64,000 bases of DNA from Actinomycetota bacterium (GTDB lineage Bacteria; Actinomycetota; Humimicrobiia; Humimicrobiales; Humimicrobiaceae), in assembly GCA_034660395.1 (NCBI GenBank), contig JAYEJA010000040.1, forward strand, positions 4,434 to 68,433. Direction: 5' to 3'. The notes below the pieces were generated by a model. That model ran no database searches and had not been told where the DNA came from. It saw nothing but the letters and a program-made list of their open reading frames with translations. Below, piece by piece: positions 9,816 to 20,464 of the stretch (positions within the stretch are counted from its first letter, which is position 1; every line of letters starts with the position of its first letter). A program made the translations under genes and the position numbers.

Positions 9816-10886
9816 ATGAATATTCTTGATGACCTGGAGAAAATCAGGGAAATTGACAGGGAAGGGATACTCGGGGCAGAAGAAGGGTTTTATGACCAGC
9901 TGCTTGATGCAAGGGAAATTGCAGGCAGAGCAGAGCTCGGAGATATAAAAGAAAAAAAATTTAGTGGAATTGTTTTTTCCGGAATGGGTGGTTCCGGATT
10001 CGCAGGAGATATAGTTAAAGCTCTGATTAGAGATGATATTGATATTCCGGTTGAAGTCGTAAAGGGGTATAGCCTGCCCTCCTATGTAAATAAGGACTGG
10101 CTGGTCATTTCTATAAGCTATTCGGGAAATACTGAAGAGACAATTTCTACTACAGGCCAGGCGCTGGAAAGAGGCTGTGAAGTTATTATCATATGTTCCG
10201 GCGGCGAGCTTGAGAAAATCGGCAGGGATAATGGTAAAACCGTATTAAAAATACCGTCGGGAATGCAGCCGAGAGGCGCCGCGGGTTACCTGTTTTTTCC
10301 TGCTTATCTTATGATGGATTATCTGGGTATAGTTAAAATACCGCCCGGTGATATTAAAGAAGCTTTAAAACTAATAAAGGAAAAGGTGCCCCTCTATAGA
10401 AGGGAAACCGGAATTGATAAAAATCCTGCCAAAAAGCTGGCTTCCGAAATTTCGGATAATCTTCCAATCATATACGGCACGGAAGGAATTCTTAGCGTGG
10501 TAGCTTATAGACTAAAATGCGAAATAAATGAAAATTCCAAAACCCCATGCTGGTGGAATGAGTTTCCGGAATTAAATCATAATGAAACAGTAGGATGGGA
10601 AAGGTTAAAAGGGATTACTGGCAAATTTGTGGTAATTGCCCTGAGGGAAAAAGATGAATGGATAAGAATGAAAACAAGGATAGATATAACATTAAAATTA
10701 ATAAGGGAAAATGTTAACGGTATAATAAATATACCGGTTGAAGGCGAGTCAAAACTGGCAAGAGCGCTGTCTTCAATGTACCTTGGAGATATAGCAAGCG
10801 TTTATCTGGCTTTACTTTACGAAATTGACCCCAGCCCGGTAGAAAAAATAGAGTCGCTAAAAGCTGAACTTAAAAAAATAAACTAG
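9816..10886 (+). CDS. Bifunctional phosphoglucose/phosphomannose isomerase (SIS-domain, archaeal-type PGI/PMI)
   Basis: FSGMGGSGFAGDI SIS motif. 356 aa. In operon with the phosphomannomutase and the GDP-mannose genes. Confidence 0.7.
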   Translation: MNILDDLEKIREIDREGILGAEEGFYDQLLDAREIAGRAELGDIKEKKFSGIVFSGMGGSGFAGDIVKALIRDDIDIPVEVVKGYSLPSYVNKDWLVISISYSGNTEETISTTGQALERGCEVIIICSGGELEKIGRDNGKTVLKIPSGMQPRGAAGYLFFPAYLMMDYLGIVKIPPGDIKEALKLIKEKVPLYRRETGIDKNPAKKLASEISDNLPIIYGTEGILSVVAYRLKCEINENSKTPCWWNEFPELNHNETVGWERLKGITGKFVVIALREKDEWIRMKTRIDITLKLIRENVNGIINIPVEGESKLARALSSMYLGDIASVYLALLYEIDPSPVEKIESLKAELKKIN

Positions 10887-10927
10887 GATAAAAAATAGGC
10901 AGAAATTGCCTGGGAAGGAAAGTGTTA

Positions 10928-12184
10928 ATGGAATTTGATGTAAAAGATATTGAATTAGCCCCTAAGGGCAGGGATAAAATAGAATGGGCGGCAATAGAAA
11001 TGCCTGTATTAAAGGGCATAAGGAAAGATTTTTCAAAGAAAAAGCCGCTTAAAGGTTTAAATGTTGGAGCATGCCTGCATGTTACTTCAGAAACGGCAAA
11101 CCTTATGATTGCCTTGAAAGAGGGAGGGGCAAATGTAGCTTTGTCGGCATCAAACCCTCTGAGTACCCAGGATGATGTTGCGGCTTCTCTCGTGAAGGAT
11201 TACGGCATAAAGGTATTTGCTATCAAGGGCGAAGACAATAAGACCTACTACAGGCATATAAACAGTGTTCTCGATATCGGCCCCCGGGTAACAATGGATG
11301 ACGGTGCGGACTTAATTTCTACCATACACAGCAAAAGAAGGGAATTGCTTGATAATGTCTATGGCGGAACGGAAGAAACTACAACCGGCGTGATAAGACT
11401 TAAGAGTATGGAGAAGAAGGGTGTTTTACACTATCCCATTATTGCCGTAAATGACGCAAAGACAAAACACTTTTTTGACAACCGCTATGGAACAGGCCAG
11501 TCAACGATAGATGGAATTTTAAGGGCAACCAACATTTTGCTTGCCGGTAAAAGGTTCGTAGTTGGCGGTTACGGCTGGTGCGGAAGGGGTGTAGCCATGA
11601 GAGCAAAGGGAATGGGCGCAATAGTGATAATCCTTGAGGTAGATCCTCTAAGGGCGCTGGAAGCCAGGCTTGATGGTTTTGAAGTTATGAGCTCCCCGGA
11701 GGCGGCAAAAGTGGGGGATATATTCCTGTCTGTTGCCGGTGACATGAATGTGATAGGCGAGTCAATACTTAAAAACTGCAGGGATAATGCAATTGTTGGC
11801 AATTCGGGACATTTTGATGTTGAAATCGATTTAAAATATCTTAAGAAAAACAGCAAGTCAAAAAGAACTGTCAGGCCTTTTGTTGAAGAATATTTAATGA
11901 ATGACGGCAGGAGGATACATGTTCTTGCTGAAGGGAGACTGGTAAATCTCAGTGCAGCCGAGGGGCATCCTGCAAGCGTTATGGATATGAGCTTTGCAAA
12001 CCAGTCCTTAAGTGCTGAATATATCTTTAAGAACAGCAAGAAAATATCAAAAAAAGTTTATCCTGTCCCGGAGGAAATTGATAGAAAAATAGCTGAATTA
12101 AAGCTTGAGAGTATGGGGGTTAAGATAGATAAATTAACCAGAGAGCAGGAGGAATATCTCAATTCATGGGAGATAGGCACTTAG
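10928..12184 (+). CDS. ahcY: Adenosylhomocysteinase (S-adenosyl-L-homocysteine hydrolase)
   Basis: N-terminal [20 protein letters not shown] and NAD-binding GYGWCGRG. An alternative GTG start lies at 10922. Confidence 0.9.
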   Translation: MEFDVKDIELAPKGRDKIEWAAIEMPVLKGIRKDFSKKKPLKGLNVGACLHVTSETANLMIALKEGGANVALSASNPLSTQDDVAASLVKDYGIKVFAIKGEDNKTYYRHINSVLDIGPRVTMDDGADLISTIHSKRRELLDNVYGGTEETTTGVIRLKSMEKKGVLHYPIIAVNDAKTKHFFDNRYGTGQSTIDGILRATNILLAGKRFVVGGYGWCGRGVAMRAKGMGAIVIILEVDPLRALEARLDGFEVMSSPEAAKVGDIFLSVAGDMNVIGESILKNCRDNAIVGNSGHFDVEIDLKYLKKNSKSKRTVRPFVEEYLMNDGRRIHVLAEGRLVNLSAAEGHPASVMDMSFANQSLSAEYIFKNSKKISKKVYPVPEEIDRKIAELKLESMGVKIDKLTREQEEYLNSWEIGT

Positions 12185-13260
12185 GTAATAGTTCCAGGAA
12201 AAAAAGTAAGGTAGGCACTCTTAGATGGAAAAAGAATGTTTTAGAGCTGATAGATCAGAGGAAGCTTCCTTTTAAGGAAACATATGTAAAATGCAGTTCG
12301 GTAGAGTGTGTAGCCAGGTCTATAAAGGACATGGTTGTTAGGGGAGCCCCGGCGATAGGAGTTGCTGCCGCCTATGGTGTCGCCCTTGCGGCGCTGGAAT
12401 TTAAGGGCAGTGATAAGAAGGAGTTTACGGATTATATAAACAGGGGCATTGAAATGCTTTCCAGAACAAGACCCACGGCAGTAAATCTTTTCTGGGCGCT
12501 GGACAGGATGAAGGAAACATTAAATGAAAATAAAGAGCTGGCTGTCAAAAAGATTAAGGAAAAGCTGGTCAAAGAGGCAGCCGGTATTGAAAAACATGAC
12601 CTGGAGATAAATTTTAAGATTGGCCGGAATGGAAAGGAAGTTTTCAAGGGGAAAGGAAATAAGTTAAGGATTCTTACACATTGCAACGCGGGTGCTCTCG
12701 CTACTTCGGGTTACGGCACTGCCCTCGGGGTAATAAGGCATTTGAATAACAGCGGCAATCTTTCCCATGTAATAGTAGATGAAACAAGACCTTTCCTGCA
12801 GGGGGCGAGGCTGACTTCGTGGGAGCTTTATCAGGAAGGAATCACTTTTTTTATAATATCCGATAATATGGCGGCATACTTCATGTCCAGAGGGGAAATC
12901 GATGCAGTTTTAGTTGGTGCCGACAGGATAGCGCTTAACGGTGATACCGCCAATAAAATAGGGACGCTGGGTCTGTCCGTTATTGCGGGTTTTTATGGAG
13001 TGCCCTTTTACGTCGCTGCTCCGCTTTCAACGGTTGATATAAAAATAGAAAGCGGGGATAATATACCAATAGAATACAGGGACAATAAAGAGATGAGGGA
13101 AATACTGGGTAATTCTATTATTCCGGAGTTTATGCCGGTTGTAAACCCTGCTTTTGATATTACCCCGGCCGGCAATATAACTGCAATAATTACTGAAGAA
13201 GGCGTAATATATCCACCTTATAGAGAGGGCATTACCAGGAATTTTAATGGTAAAAGTTAA
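12166..13260 (+). CDS. mtnA: Methylthioribose-1-phosphate isomerase (eIF-2B alpha/beta/delta-like family)
   Basis: [51 protein letters not shown] closely match MtnA. Confidence 0.8.
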   Translation: MGDRHLGNSSRKKSKVGTLRWKKNVLELIDQRKLPFKETYVKCSSVECVARSIKDMVVRGAPAIGVAAAYGVALAALEFKGSDKKEFTDYINRGIEMLSRTRPTAVNLFWALDRMKETLNENKELAVKKIKEKLVKEAAGIEKHDLEINFKIGRNGKEVFKGKGNKLRILTHCNAGALATSGYGTALGVIRHLNNSGNLSHVIVDETRPFLQGARLTSWELYQEGITFFIISDNMAAYFMSRGEIDAVLVGADRIALNGDTANKIGTLGLSVIAGFYGVPFYVAAPLSTVDIKIESGDNIPIEYRDNKEMREILGNSIIPEFMPVVNPAFDITPAGNITAIITEEGVIYPPYREGITRNFNGKS

Positions 13261-13286
13261 AAAATAGAAAGCGGTGTATAATCAGC

Positions 13287-14423
13287 ATGAAATCCAATAA
13301 GGCAATGATAATGGCAGCGGGTCTCGGAACAAGGCTCAGGCCGCTTACTGACCTTATATCAAAACCAATGGCGCCAATAGTTAACAGGCCGGTTATGGAA
13401 CATATTGTAAGGCTTCTGGCAAAACATAATTTCACAGATATAATCTGTAACCTGCACTGGTATCCTGATGTAATAAAGGATTATTTTGGTGACGGCTCTA
13501 AGTGGGGCGTTAATATATTTTATTCCTATGAAAAGAAGCTGCTTGGAACTGCCGGTGGAGTAAATAATGTAGAAGATTTTTTTAAGAACGAAACATTTCT
13601 GGTTATAAGCGGTGATTCTTTGACCGATATCAACCTGACGGGAGCTAAGGAGTTTCATAAAAATAAGGGAGGGATTGCAACACTTGTATTGACAGAAGTT
13701 GAAGATACGTCCCAGTATGGAGTGGTGATAATAGACGGAGATAAAAGGATAAAAGGATTCCAGGAGAAGCCGTTAAGCGGTGAGGTAAAGTCAAATCTGG
13801 CAAACTGCGGAATATATTTTTTTGAACCCGGTATTTTTGATTTTATGCCGAAGAAAGGCGAATTCTGTGATTTCGGCAAGAGTGTCTTTCCGGGCCTTTT
13901 AAAAAAGAATATTGGATATTACGGGTATGATCACAGCCAGTACTGGAATGATGTAGGCAGCCTTGATGAGTATCAGCAGGGAAACTTTGATGCCCTTGAA
14001 GGCAAAGTTAATGTGGAAATTCCAGGAAAGAAAATAAAGGAAGGGCTCTGGGTAGGTAAAAATTGTAAAATCCAGGAAGGGGTAATAATAATTCCGCCTG
14101 TATGTATCGGTGACAACTGCACCATAAAGAAAGGCGCAAAACTTTTTGGTCCGATAATTCTGGGAAATGATACAATTGTGGATGAAAGGGCAGTATTATA
14201 CAGGGGTATAAAATGGGGAAGCGGCTATATAGGTAAGGATGCTTCTCTGATAGGCGCTATTATAGGGTATAATGCAAAAATAAAGGATAAAGCCTCTGTT
14301 CTTGAAAAGGCAGTTATCGGCTCAAGGAGCATAATAAAGGACGGAATAAAAATTCACCCCAGCGTGAAAATAATGTCTGATAAAGTAATAGATATTGATA
14401 CGAAAGAAACCGGAAAAGATTAA
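13287..14423 (+). CDS. Second NDP-sugar pyrophosphorylase-like protein (nucleotidyltransferase plus LbH domain)
   Basis: MAAGLGTRLRPLT..KPMAPI N-terminus and C-terminal hexapeptide repeats. Paralog of 6146..7261. Confidence 0.7.
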   Translation: MKSNKAMIMAAGLGTRLRPLTDLISKPMAPIVNRPVMEHIVRLLAKHNFTDIICNLHWYPDVIKDYFGDGSKWGVNIFYSYEKKLLGTAGGVNNVEDFFKNETFLVISGDSLTDINLTGAKEFHKNKGGIATLVLTEVEDTSQYGVVIIDGDKRIKGFQEKPLSGEVKSNLANCGIYFFEPGIFDFMPKKGEFCDFGKSVFPGLLKKNIGYYGYDHSQYWNDVGSLDEYQQGNFDALEGKVNVEIPGKKIKEGLWVGKNCKIQEGVIIIPPVCIGDNCTIKKGAKLFGPIILGNDTIVDERAVLYRGIKWGSGYIGKDASLIGAIIGYNAKIKDKASVLEKAVIGSRSIIKDGIKIHPSVKIMSDKVIDIDTKETGKD

Positions 14424-15105
14424 TAAAACAAGTTTTTTAGATATTCTAAAAGATATCATCACACCGCCGCTGTGTGCTGTTTGTGGTAATATTGAACCTG
14501 CATTACTATGCGACCAATGTTTATCCGGAATTAACAGGATTGGTGATAATGTGTGCAGTTATTGCGGCAGGCCTTTACCAGCGGATGAGAAAAGCGGCGT
14601 GAGATGCAATTTCTGCAGGATAGATAATTTTAATTTTTACAGGCACAGAAGTTTTGCCGTTTACAGCGGAGGAATAAAAAAGATAATAAAAAAGTACAAA
14701 TATGATAGGATATATGCATTAAAGAAGATTATCAGCATATTCTTTAAGAAAATATATGTTAAAAACTACAAATATGAAAAAATAGATTATCTGGAAACAG
14801 TCCCGGGAATGCATATGGAAATGATTTGTGAATCGTTGTCAGGGTTAATTAAAATTCCATTTATTGGTAATATAATAAGGATAAAGAAAATTTTAAAACA
14901 GCAGGGTCTAGATTTTAACCAGAGAAAAAATAATATAAGAAATGCCTTTAAAGTCAGGAATTGCCTGGTATATTCCGGTAAAAATATCCTTGTTATAGAT
15001 GATGTCTGGACTACCGGGAGTACGTTGACCGAAATTTCTGGTGTCTTAAAAAAGGCAGGTGCTGAAAGGGTTTATCTATTAACTCTGGCAAGGGGGTTAA
15101 AATAA
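14395..15105 (+). CDS. ComF-like phosphoribosyltransferase-domain protein with an N-terminal double zinc ribbon
   Basis: CAVCG..CDQC..CSYCG..CNFC cysteine pairs. C-terminal [12 protein letters not shown] PRTase motif. Confidence 0.7.
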   Translation: MIRKKPEKINKTSFLDILKDIITPPLCAVCGNIEPALLCDQCLSGINRIGDNVCSYCGRPLPADEKSGVRCNFCRIDNFNFYRHRSFAVYSGGIKKIIKKYKYDRIYALKKIISIFFKKIYVKNYKYEKIDYLETVPGMHMEMICESLSGLIKIPFIGNIIRIKKILKQQGLDFNQRKNNIRNAFKVRNCLVYSGKNILVIDDVWTTGSTLTEISGVLKKAGAERVYLLTLARGLK

Positions 15106-15308
15106 AAAAGTCCAGGTTAAAGGGAAAAGTAAAATGGTTCAGCCCGGAAAACGGGTTTGGATTTATAGCGGCGGAATCCGAGGGCAATGGGGATATTTTT
15201 GTAAGGTATTCTTCCATACAGATGGACGGGTTCAAGTCACTTAAAGAGGGACAGAAGGTTGAGTTTGAATTGGATAAAGATGAAAGGGGATATGTTGCAA
15301 AAAAGGTA
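15102..15308 (+). CDS. Cold-shock protein (CspA family). It is absent from the ORF track because there is no canonical start. The putative start is the AUA at 15102; the codon immediately upstream of GKVKWF is TTA.
   Basis: Frame-0 translation [63 protein letters not shown] is an unmistakable cold-shock domain (RNP1 KGFGFI, RNP2 VFVHF-like). SD AGGGGG lies 5 nt upstream of the ATA. There is no ATG/GTG/TTG in frame after the upstream stop at 15063. Confidence 0.6.
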
Positions 15309-15403
15309 GTGGTGGTAGATTGATGAATAGTGTAAAGATGATTGGAGAATTTTATTATTAAATTTTAACAGAATTGAAATAGGCCAGGTAACAGGAGGTA
15401 AGT

Positions 15404-15973
15404 ATGGCAGATTTTATTATTAAGAGCAAAAATATAAAGCTGGATGACGAAATTCGCAGTTATGCCGAGAAGAAAATTAAAAGTAAGATACAAAGGATTT
15501 TAGATAAAGTTATAAAAATGGAGTTAAAGCTTACATTTGAAAAAAACCCGAGAATAAATTTAAACAATGTTGCGGAAGTTACAGTTTTTACTACGTGTTC
15601 GGTAATAAGGGCGGCTGACTCAGGAGCGGATGTTTTTGTAGCGATAGATAAAGTGAACAGCAAACTGGAGAGATTAATAAAAAAATATAAAGGCAAACTT
15701 GTTGACAGGGGAAGGAAAGGAAGCAGCCGTAAGGAAAGGGACAATATTGCAAGGGCAGATAGGAGCTCTAAAAGCATTGATGAAAAGATTAAAAAATCAA
15801 TAGTAAAGAATAAGACTTTCACTTTAAAACCGTTGTCTCCTGAAGAAGCAGTACTGCAGATGGAGATGCTGGGACATGACTTTTTTGTCTTCATTAATTC
15901 AGAAACCGAAAGAACAGCAGTAGTGTATCGCCGAAAAGATAAGAATTACGGTTTGATAGAGCCTTCTATATAA
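15404..15973 (+). CDS. hpf: Ribosome hibernation promoting factor, long form
   Basis: N-terminal RaiA/HPF domain plus a C-terminal dimerisation domain (..VVYRRKDKNYGLIEP). SD AGGAGG. Confidence 0.85.
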   Translation: MADFIIKSKNIKLDDEIRSYAEKKIKSKIQRILDKVIKMELKLTFEKNPRINLNNVAEVTVFTTCSVIRAADSGADVFVAIDKVNSKLERLIKKYKGKLVDRGRKGSSRKERDNIARADRSSKSIDEKIKKSIVKNKTFTLKPLSPEEAVLQMEMLGHDFFVFINSETERTAVVYRRKDKNYGLIEPSI

Positions 15974-16001
15974 TTGAGTTAATATGTACGGGGTGACGTA
16001 A

Positions 16002-18551
16002 ATGTTTGAGAAAATTACGAATATACTTAAATTTGGTGAAGGTAGAAGAGAAAAAAAATATAAGGACCTGATAAGCAGAATAAACAGTCTTGAGAATAGC
16101 GTCAGTTCGCTTTCAGACAGCAGTCTTTCAGAAAAGACTTCAGAGTTCAAAAGAAGATATGAAAATGGTGAAAGCTGTGAAGAACTGATGCCTGAAGCTT
16201 TTGCAGTTGTAAGGGAGACTGCAAAAAGAACTCTCGGCATGAGGCATTTCGATGTTCAGATAATGGGAGGAATCGTTCTTTTTGAAGGAAAAATTGCCGA
16301 AATGAAAACAGGTGAAGGTAAAACACTGGCAGCAACTCTTCCGGTTTATTTAAATTCAATAGCCGGCACCAGCACTCATATAGTAACTGTCAATGATTAC
16401 CTTGCCAGGAGGGACAGCGAGTGGATGGGTGAAGTTTATAAATTTCTTGGATTGAAAGTAGGCCTTATACAGCATGGAATGCCTTCTTCTGAAAAAAAGG
16501 AGCAGTACAGGTCCGATGTGGTATATGGGACAAATAACGAATTCGGGTTTGACTACCTGAGGGACAATATGGTAATGAGCAGGGATAATATGGTGCAGAA
16601 CGGGCATCCCTATGTTATTGTTGATGAAGTTGACAGCATTCTTATAGATGAAGCCAGGACCCCCCTTATAATATCGGGAGTTGCTTATGGGACTACCGAT
16701 ATTTACAGGAAATTTACCAGGATAGTGCCGCAGTTGAAAAAAGACGAAGATTTCGAAATAGATGAAAAGGCCAAGACGGCCGCAATTACAGAGCAGGGTG
16801 TAGAAAAAGTAGAGGGGATACTTAATATAGAAAATTTATATAGCCCTTCAAATTATCTTTACATACATTCATTAAATCAATCCCTTAAGGCGTATCACCT
16901 TTTTAAAAAGGACGTAGATTATATGATAAAGAATGGAGAAGTCGTTATTGTTGATGAATTTACCGGGAGGCTTATGCCCGGGAGAAGATACAGCGAAGGC
17001 CTGCATCAGGCCATAGAGGCAAAAGAAGGAGCAAAGGTAAAAGATGAAAACCAGACGCTTGCCACTGTTACAATCCAGAATTATTTCAGGATGTATGAGA
17101 AGATAGCAGGCATGACCGGAACGGCATTAACCGAGGCGGCTGAGTTCAGGCATATATATAATCTTGAAACTGTTGTTATACCAACCAACGAGCCGATGAT
17201 AAGGAAGGACCTTTCTGACCTTATTTACAAGACCGAGGAAGTGAAGTTTGAAAGGGTTGTAGAAGATATAGTTTCAAGGTATGAGAAGGGACAGCCGGTT
17301 CTGGTTGGGACTATATCCATTGAGAAATCGGAGAGGTTAAGCCGAATGCTGAAGAGAAGGGGCGTGCCCCATCAGGTCTTAAATGCGCGGTACCACGAGA
17401 AGGAAGCAGAGATTATTGCCGGGGCAGGTCAGAAAGGCGCTGTTACCATAGCTACCAATATGGCAGGAAGAGGAACTGATATAGTGCTGGGTGAAGGAGT
17501 AGTTGAACTCGGCGGCCTTCATGTGCTGGGGACTGAAAGGCACGAGAGCAGGAGAATAGATAATCAGCTGAGAGGAAGGAGCGGCCGTCAGGGAGACATT
17601 GGCTCAAGCCAGTTTTATTTAAGCACCGAGGATGACCTTCTCAGACTTTTTGGCTCGGAGAGAATTTATAAGGTGATGGATACTTTTAATTTTCCCGATG
17701 ACCTGCCGATTCAGCATAATATGATAAGCAGGGCGATAGAAAATGCGCAGAGACAGGTAGAGGGAAGGAATTTCGCGATAAGGAAACATGTGCTTGAATA
17801 TGACGATGTTATAAATAAGCAGAGGGAAGTAATTTATACGAGAAGGCGAAATATTCTTGAGAAAGACGACCTGAAACAGATGGCTCTTGATATGATTGGG
17901 GATGTAGTAAAAAAAGGTGTTGATATTCATGTAAATCCTTCAGATTACCCCGAGAAATGGGATCTTGAGAACCTTTCCAATTATCTAACCCCTTTATTTA
18001 CGGCTGATGTGGTAAACGGGGTTATAGACAGGAAAAAGATGGTCGAGGGCAGGTGGAGTCCTGAAGATTTAAAAAAGGAGTTGCTGGATAAAGTTTACGG
18101 GATTTACGAAAAGAGAGAAGATGAATATTCTTCCCCGGTTATAAGGAAGCTGGAAAAGGTAGTCATGCTTAAGGTTATTGATAACATGTGGAGAGGGCAT
18201 CTTCTTGAGATGGATTACTTAAAGGAAGGTATAGGGCTCAGGGCAATAGGGCAGAGGGACCCGCAGGTAGAGTATAAAAGGGAAGCATTTCACCTTTTTA
18301 AAGAGCTTATGGGAGAGATTGAGTTTGATACGGTTAAATTACTTTTTAATGCCAGGATAGTTAAACAGGATAAGCGGGAGGAAGCTGAGGCTAAAAAAGG
18401 CCTGAAAATAGGGAATGTAACTGCGAGCGGTCCGGCAAAATCCGGTGCGGGAGCGTTAAAAACAAAGCCGGTGACAAAAAAGAAAATTGGGCGAAACGAT
18501 CCCTGCCCCTGTGGAAGCGGAAAGAAGTATAAACACTGTTGCGGAAGATGA
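16002..18551 (+). CDS. secA: Preprotein translocase ATPase SecA
   Basis: 849 aa. DEAD-like motor motifs. C-terminal zinc site [14 protein letters not shown]. Confidence 0.95.
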   Translation: MFEKITNILKFGEGRREKKYKDLISRINSLENSVSSLSDSSLSEKTSEFKRRYENGESCEELMPEAFAVVRETAKRTLGMRHFDVQIMGGIVLFEGKIAEMKTGEGKTLAATLPVYLNSIAGTSTHIVTVNDYLARRDSEWMGEVYKFLGLKVGLIQHGMPSSEKKEQYRSDVVYGTNNEFGFDYLRDNMVMSRDNMVQNGHPYVIVDEVDSILIDEARTPLIISGVAYGTTDIYRKFTRIVPQLKKDEDFEIDEKAKTAAITEQGVEKVEGILNIENLYSPSNYLYIHSLNQSLKAYHLFKKDVDYMIKNGEVVIVDEFTGRLMPGRRYSEGLHQAIEAKEGAKVKDENQTLATVTIQNYFRMYEKIAGMTGTALTEAAEFRHIYNLETVVIPTNEPMIRKDLSDLIYKTEEVKFERVVEDIVSRYEKGQPVLVGTISIEKSERLSRMLKRRGVPHQVLNARYHEKEAEIIAGAGQKGAVTIATNMAGRGTDIVLGEGVVELGGLHVLGTERHESRRIDNQLRGRSGRQGDIGSSQFYLSTEDDLLRLFGSERIYKVMDTFNFPDDLPIQHNMISRAIENAQRQVEGRNFAIRKHVLEYDDVINKQREVIYTRRRNILEKDDLKQMALDMIGDVVKKGVDIHVNPSDYPEKWDLENLSNYLTPLFTADVVNGVIDRKKMVEGRWSPEDLKKELLDKVYGIYEKREDEYSSPVIRKLEKVVMLKVIDNMWRGHLLEMDYLKEGIGLRAIGQRDPQVEYKREAFHLFKELMGEIEFDTVKLLFNARIVKQDKREEAEAKKGLKIGNVTASGPAKSGAGALKTKPVTKKKIGRNDPCPCGSGKKYKHCCGR

Positions 18552-18626
18552 GTGACCTGATTGAGGAAAAAGCAATAATATTATGAATATTAAATATAAT
18601 TTGTATAAACTGGCCGGAGGGTTTTA

Positions 18627-19731
18627 ATGGTAGAAGACTATAAATCAAGAATGGATAAATTATTAAAAAAGCTCGTTTTTTTAAAAAACTGTCTTTGAAG
18701 CAGACAGGAAAAATAAAAGACTGGATAAGCTGCAGAAAAAAACCCTTTCTAAGGATTTCTGGGAGGACAGGACCGGGGCGCAGTCAGTAACCCGTGAGAT
18801 TGCAGCTCTAAAGGATATAGCTGATAGAATTAAAGATATAGAAGAAAAAACTGAAAATGTACGTATGGCCCTTGAGATACTTGAAAACGAAGAAGATAAA
18901 AAGGTAGAAAAAGAGCTGGCAGTAACCCTGGATGAAATAGAAAAATTACTGTCAGACCTGGAAGAAGATGCGGTATTAAACGGCAAGTATGATTCTTCCC
19001 AGGCTGTAATTAATATTCACCCCGGAGCGGGGGGCACTGAATCTCAGGACTGGGCAGAGATGCTTCTCAGGATGTATAAGCGCTGGATAGAGGGAAAAGG
19101 ATTCTCTTATAAAATAAATGATTATCAGGCAGGAGAAGAAGCAGGGATTAAAAATGTTACTCTTACGGTAACAGGCAAGAACGCATACGGGCTTCTTAAA
19201 TCGGAAAAAGGGATTCACCGGCTGGTAAGAATTTCACCTTTTGACTCGTCCAAACGAAGGCATACTTCTTTTGCATCGGTAGATATAGTCCCGCTTATGG
19301 ACAGGGATATTGATATTAAACTAAACAAGGAAGATTTAAAGATAGAAACTTTTAAGTCAAGCAGTGCAGGAGGGCAGCATGTAAATGTAACGGATTCGGC
19401 AGTAAGGATTACGCATCTGCCTACTGGAATAGTGGTCCAGTGCCAGAATGAGAGGTCCCAGACGCTTAATAAACAATCTGCTGCCCAGATTCTTAAGTCA
19501 AGATTGTTCGAGCTGGAGAGGGAAAAAAGCAAAGAAGAAATTAGTAAGGTAAGGGGCGAAAAAAAGGATATTGGATGGGGGAATCAGATAAGAAGCTATA
19601 TTCTCCAGCCCTATCAGTTGATTAAAGACCACAGGACGGGCGTTGAAATTGGAAATGTCCAGTCGGTGCTGGATGGTAATATAGATTTGCTGATAAGAAG
19701 TTTTCTTGAAAAAAATTTATACAAAGCGTAA
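18627..19731 (+). CDS. prfB: Peptide chain release factor 2, with a programmed +1 ribosomal frameshift (frame 0 18627..18695, frame +1 from 18697)
   Basis: Frame 0 gives MVEDYKSRMDKLLKKLVFLKNCL and ends at CTT TGA (18693..18698), the canonical RF2 shift site. The +1 frame continues into the 288-aa ORF with SPF..GGQHVN and the GGQ motif. SD GGAGGG lies 5 nt before the ATG at 18627. Confidence 0.85.
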
Positions 19732-19777
19732 ACTCTTGATTATTAAAATCAGGGGAGGATGAAAGAGCCGGCTTCAA

Positions 19778-20464
19778 ATGAATATGATTGAATTTAGAGA
19801 TGTGAGTAAAATATATGATGATAATACGGCAGCTTTAAAGAAGATAAATCTGGTCATAAAAAAAGGTGAATTTCTCTTTCTGGTTGGACCGAGCGGCTCC
19901 GGTAAATCTACATTTATAAAGATAATTATTAAAGAAATAAGTGAAAGCAGCGGAAGTGTATTTATAGCAGGTAAAAATATCTGTAACCTTAAAACAGGAA
20001 AAATTCCCCAGTTAAGAAGAAATGTAGGATGCGTTTTTCAGGATTTCAAGCTTCTGCCGGATAGGACCATCTTTGAAAATGTCGCCTTTGCTCTTGAAGT
20101 TATTGGAAAACCCGGCTATGAAATAAAAATCCTGGTTCCGCAGGTTTTAAAACTGGTAGGTTTATCCAATAGGATGGATTCATATCCGAATCAGCTTTCA
20201 GGCGGTGAGCAGCAGAGGGTCTCTATCGCAAGAGCTTTTGTTAACCGTCCGCCCATACTTCTTGCGGATGAGCCCACGGGTAATCTCGACCCTACGACTT
20301 CAGAGGGAATTACGAAGATACTGTCCCGGATAAATATTATAGGCACTACCGTGCTTATGGCCACGCATGACAGGAACATAGTAAATTCCATGAGAAGAAG
20401 GGTCGTAGAGCTGGAGGAAGGAGAAATGATCAGGGACCAGAAGAGAGGAGTGTACGGGGATTAA
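19778..20464 (+). CDS. ftsE: Cell-division ABC ATPase FtsE
   Basis: Walker [18 protein letters not shown] signature. Followed by ftsX with an overlapping stop/start. Confidence 0.9.
   Translation: MNMIEFRDVSKIYDDNTAALKKINLVIKKGEFLFLVGPSGSGKSTFIKIIIKEISESSGSVFIAGKNICNLKTGKIPQLRRNVGCVFQDFKLLPDRTIFENVAFALEVIGKPGYEIKILVPQVLKLVGLSNRMDSYPNQLSGGEQQRVSIARAFVNRPPILLADEPTGNLDPTTSEGITKILSRINIIGTTVLMATHDRNIVNSMRRRVVELEEGEMIRDQKRGVYGD

Noticed and set aside
11569-12039. 156-aa minus-strand ORF within ahcY
   Set aside because: Antisense to adenosylhomocysteinase. No independent support.
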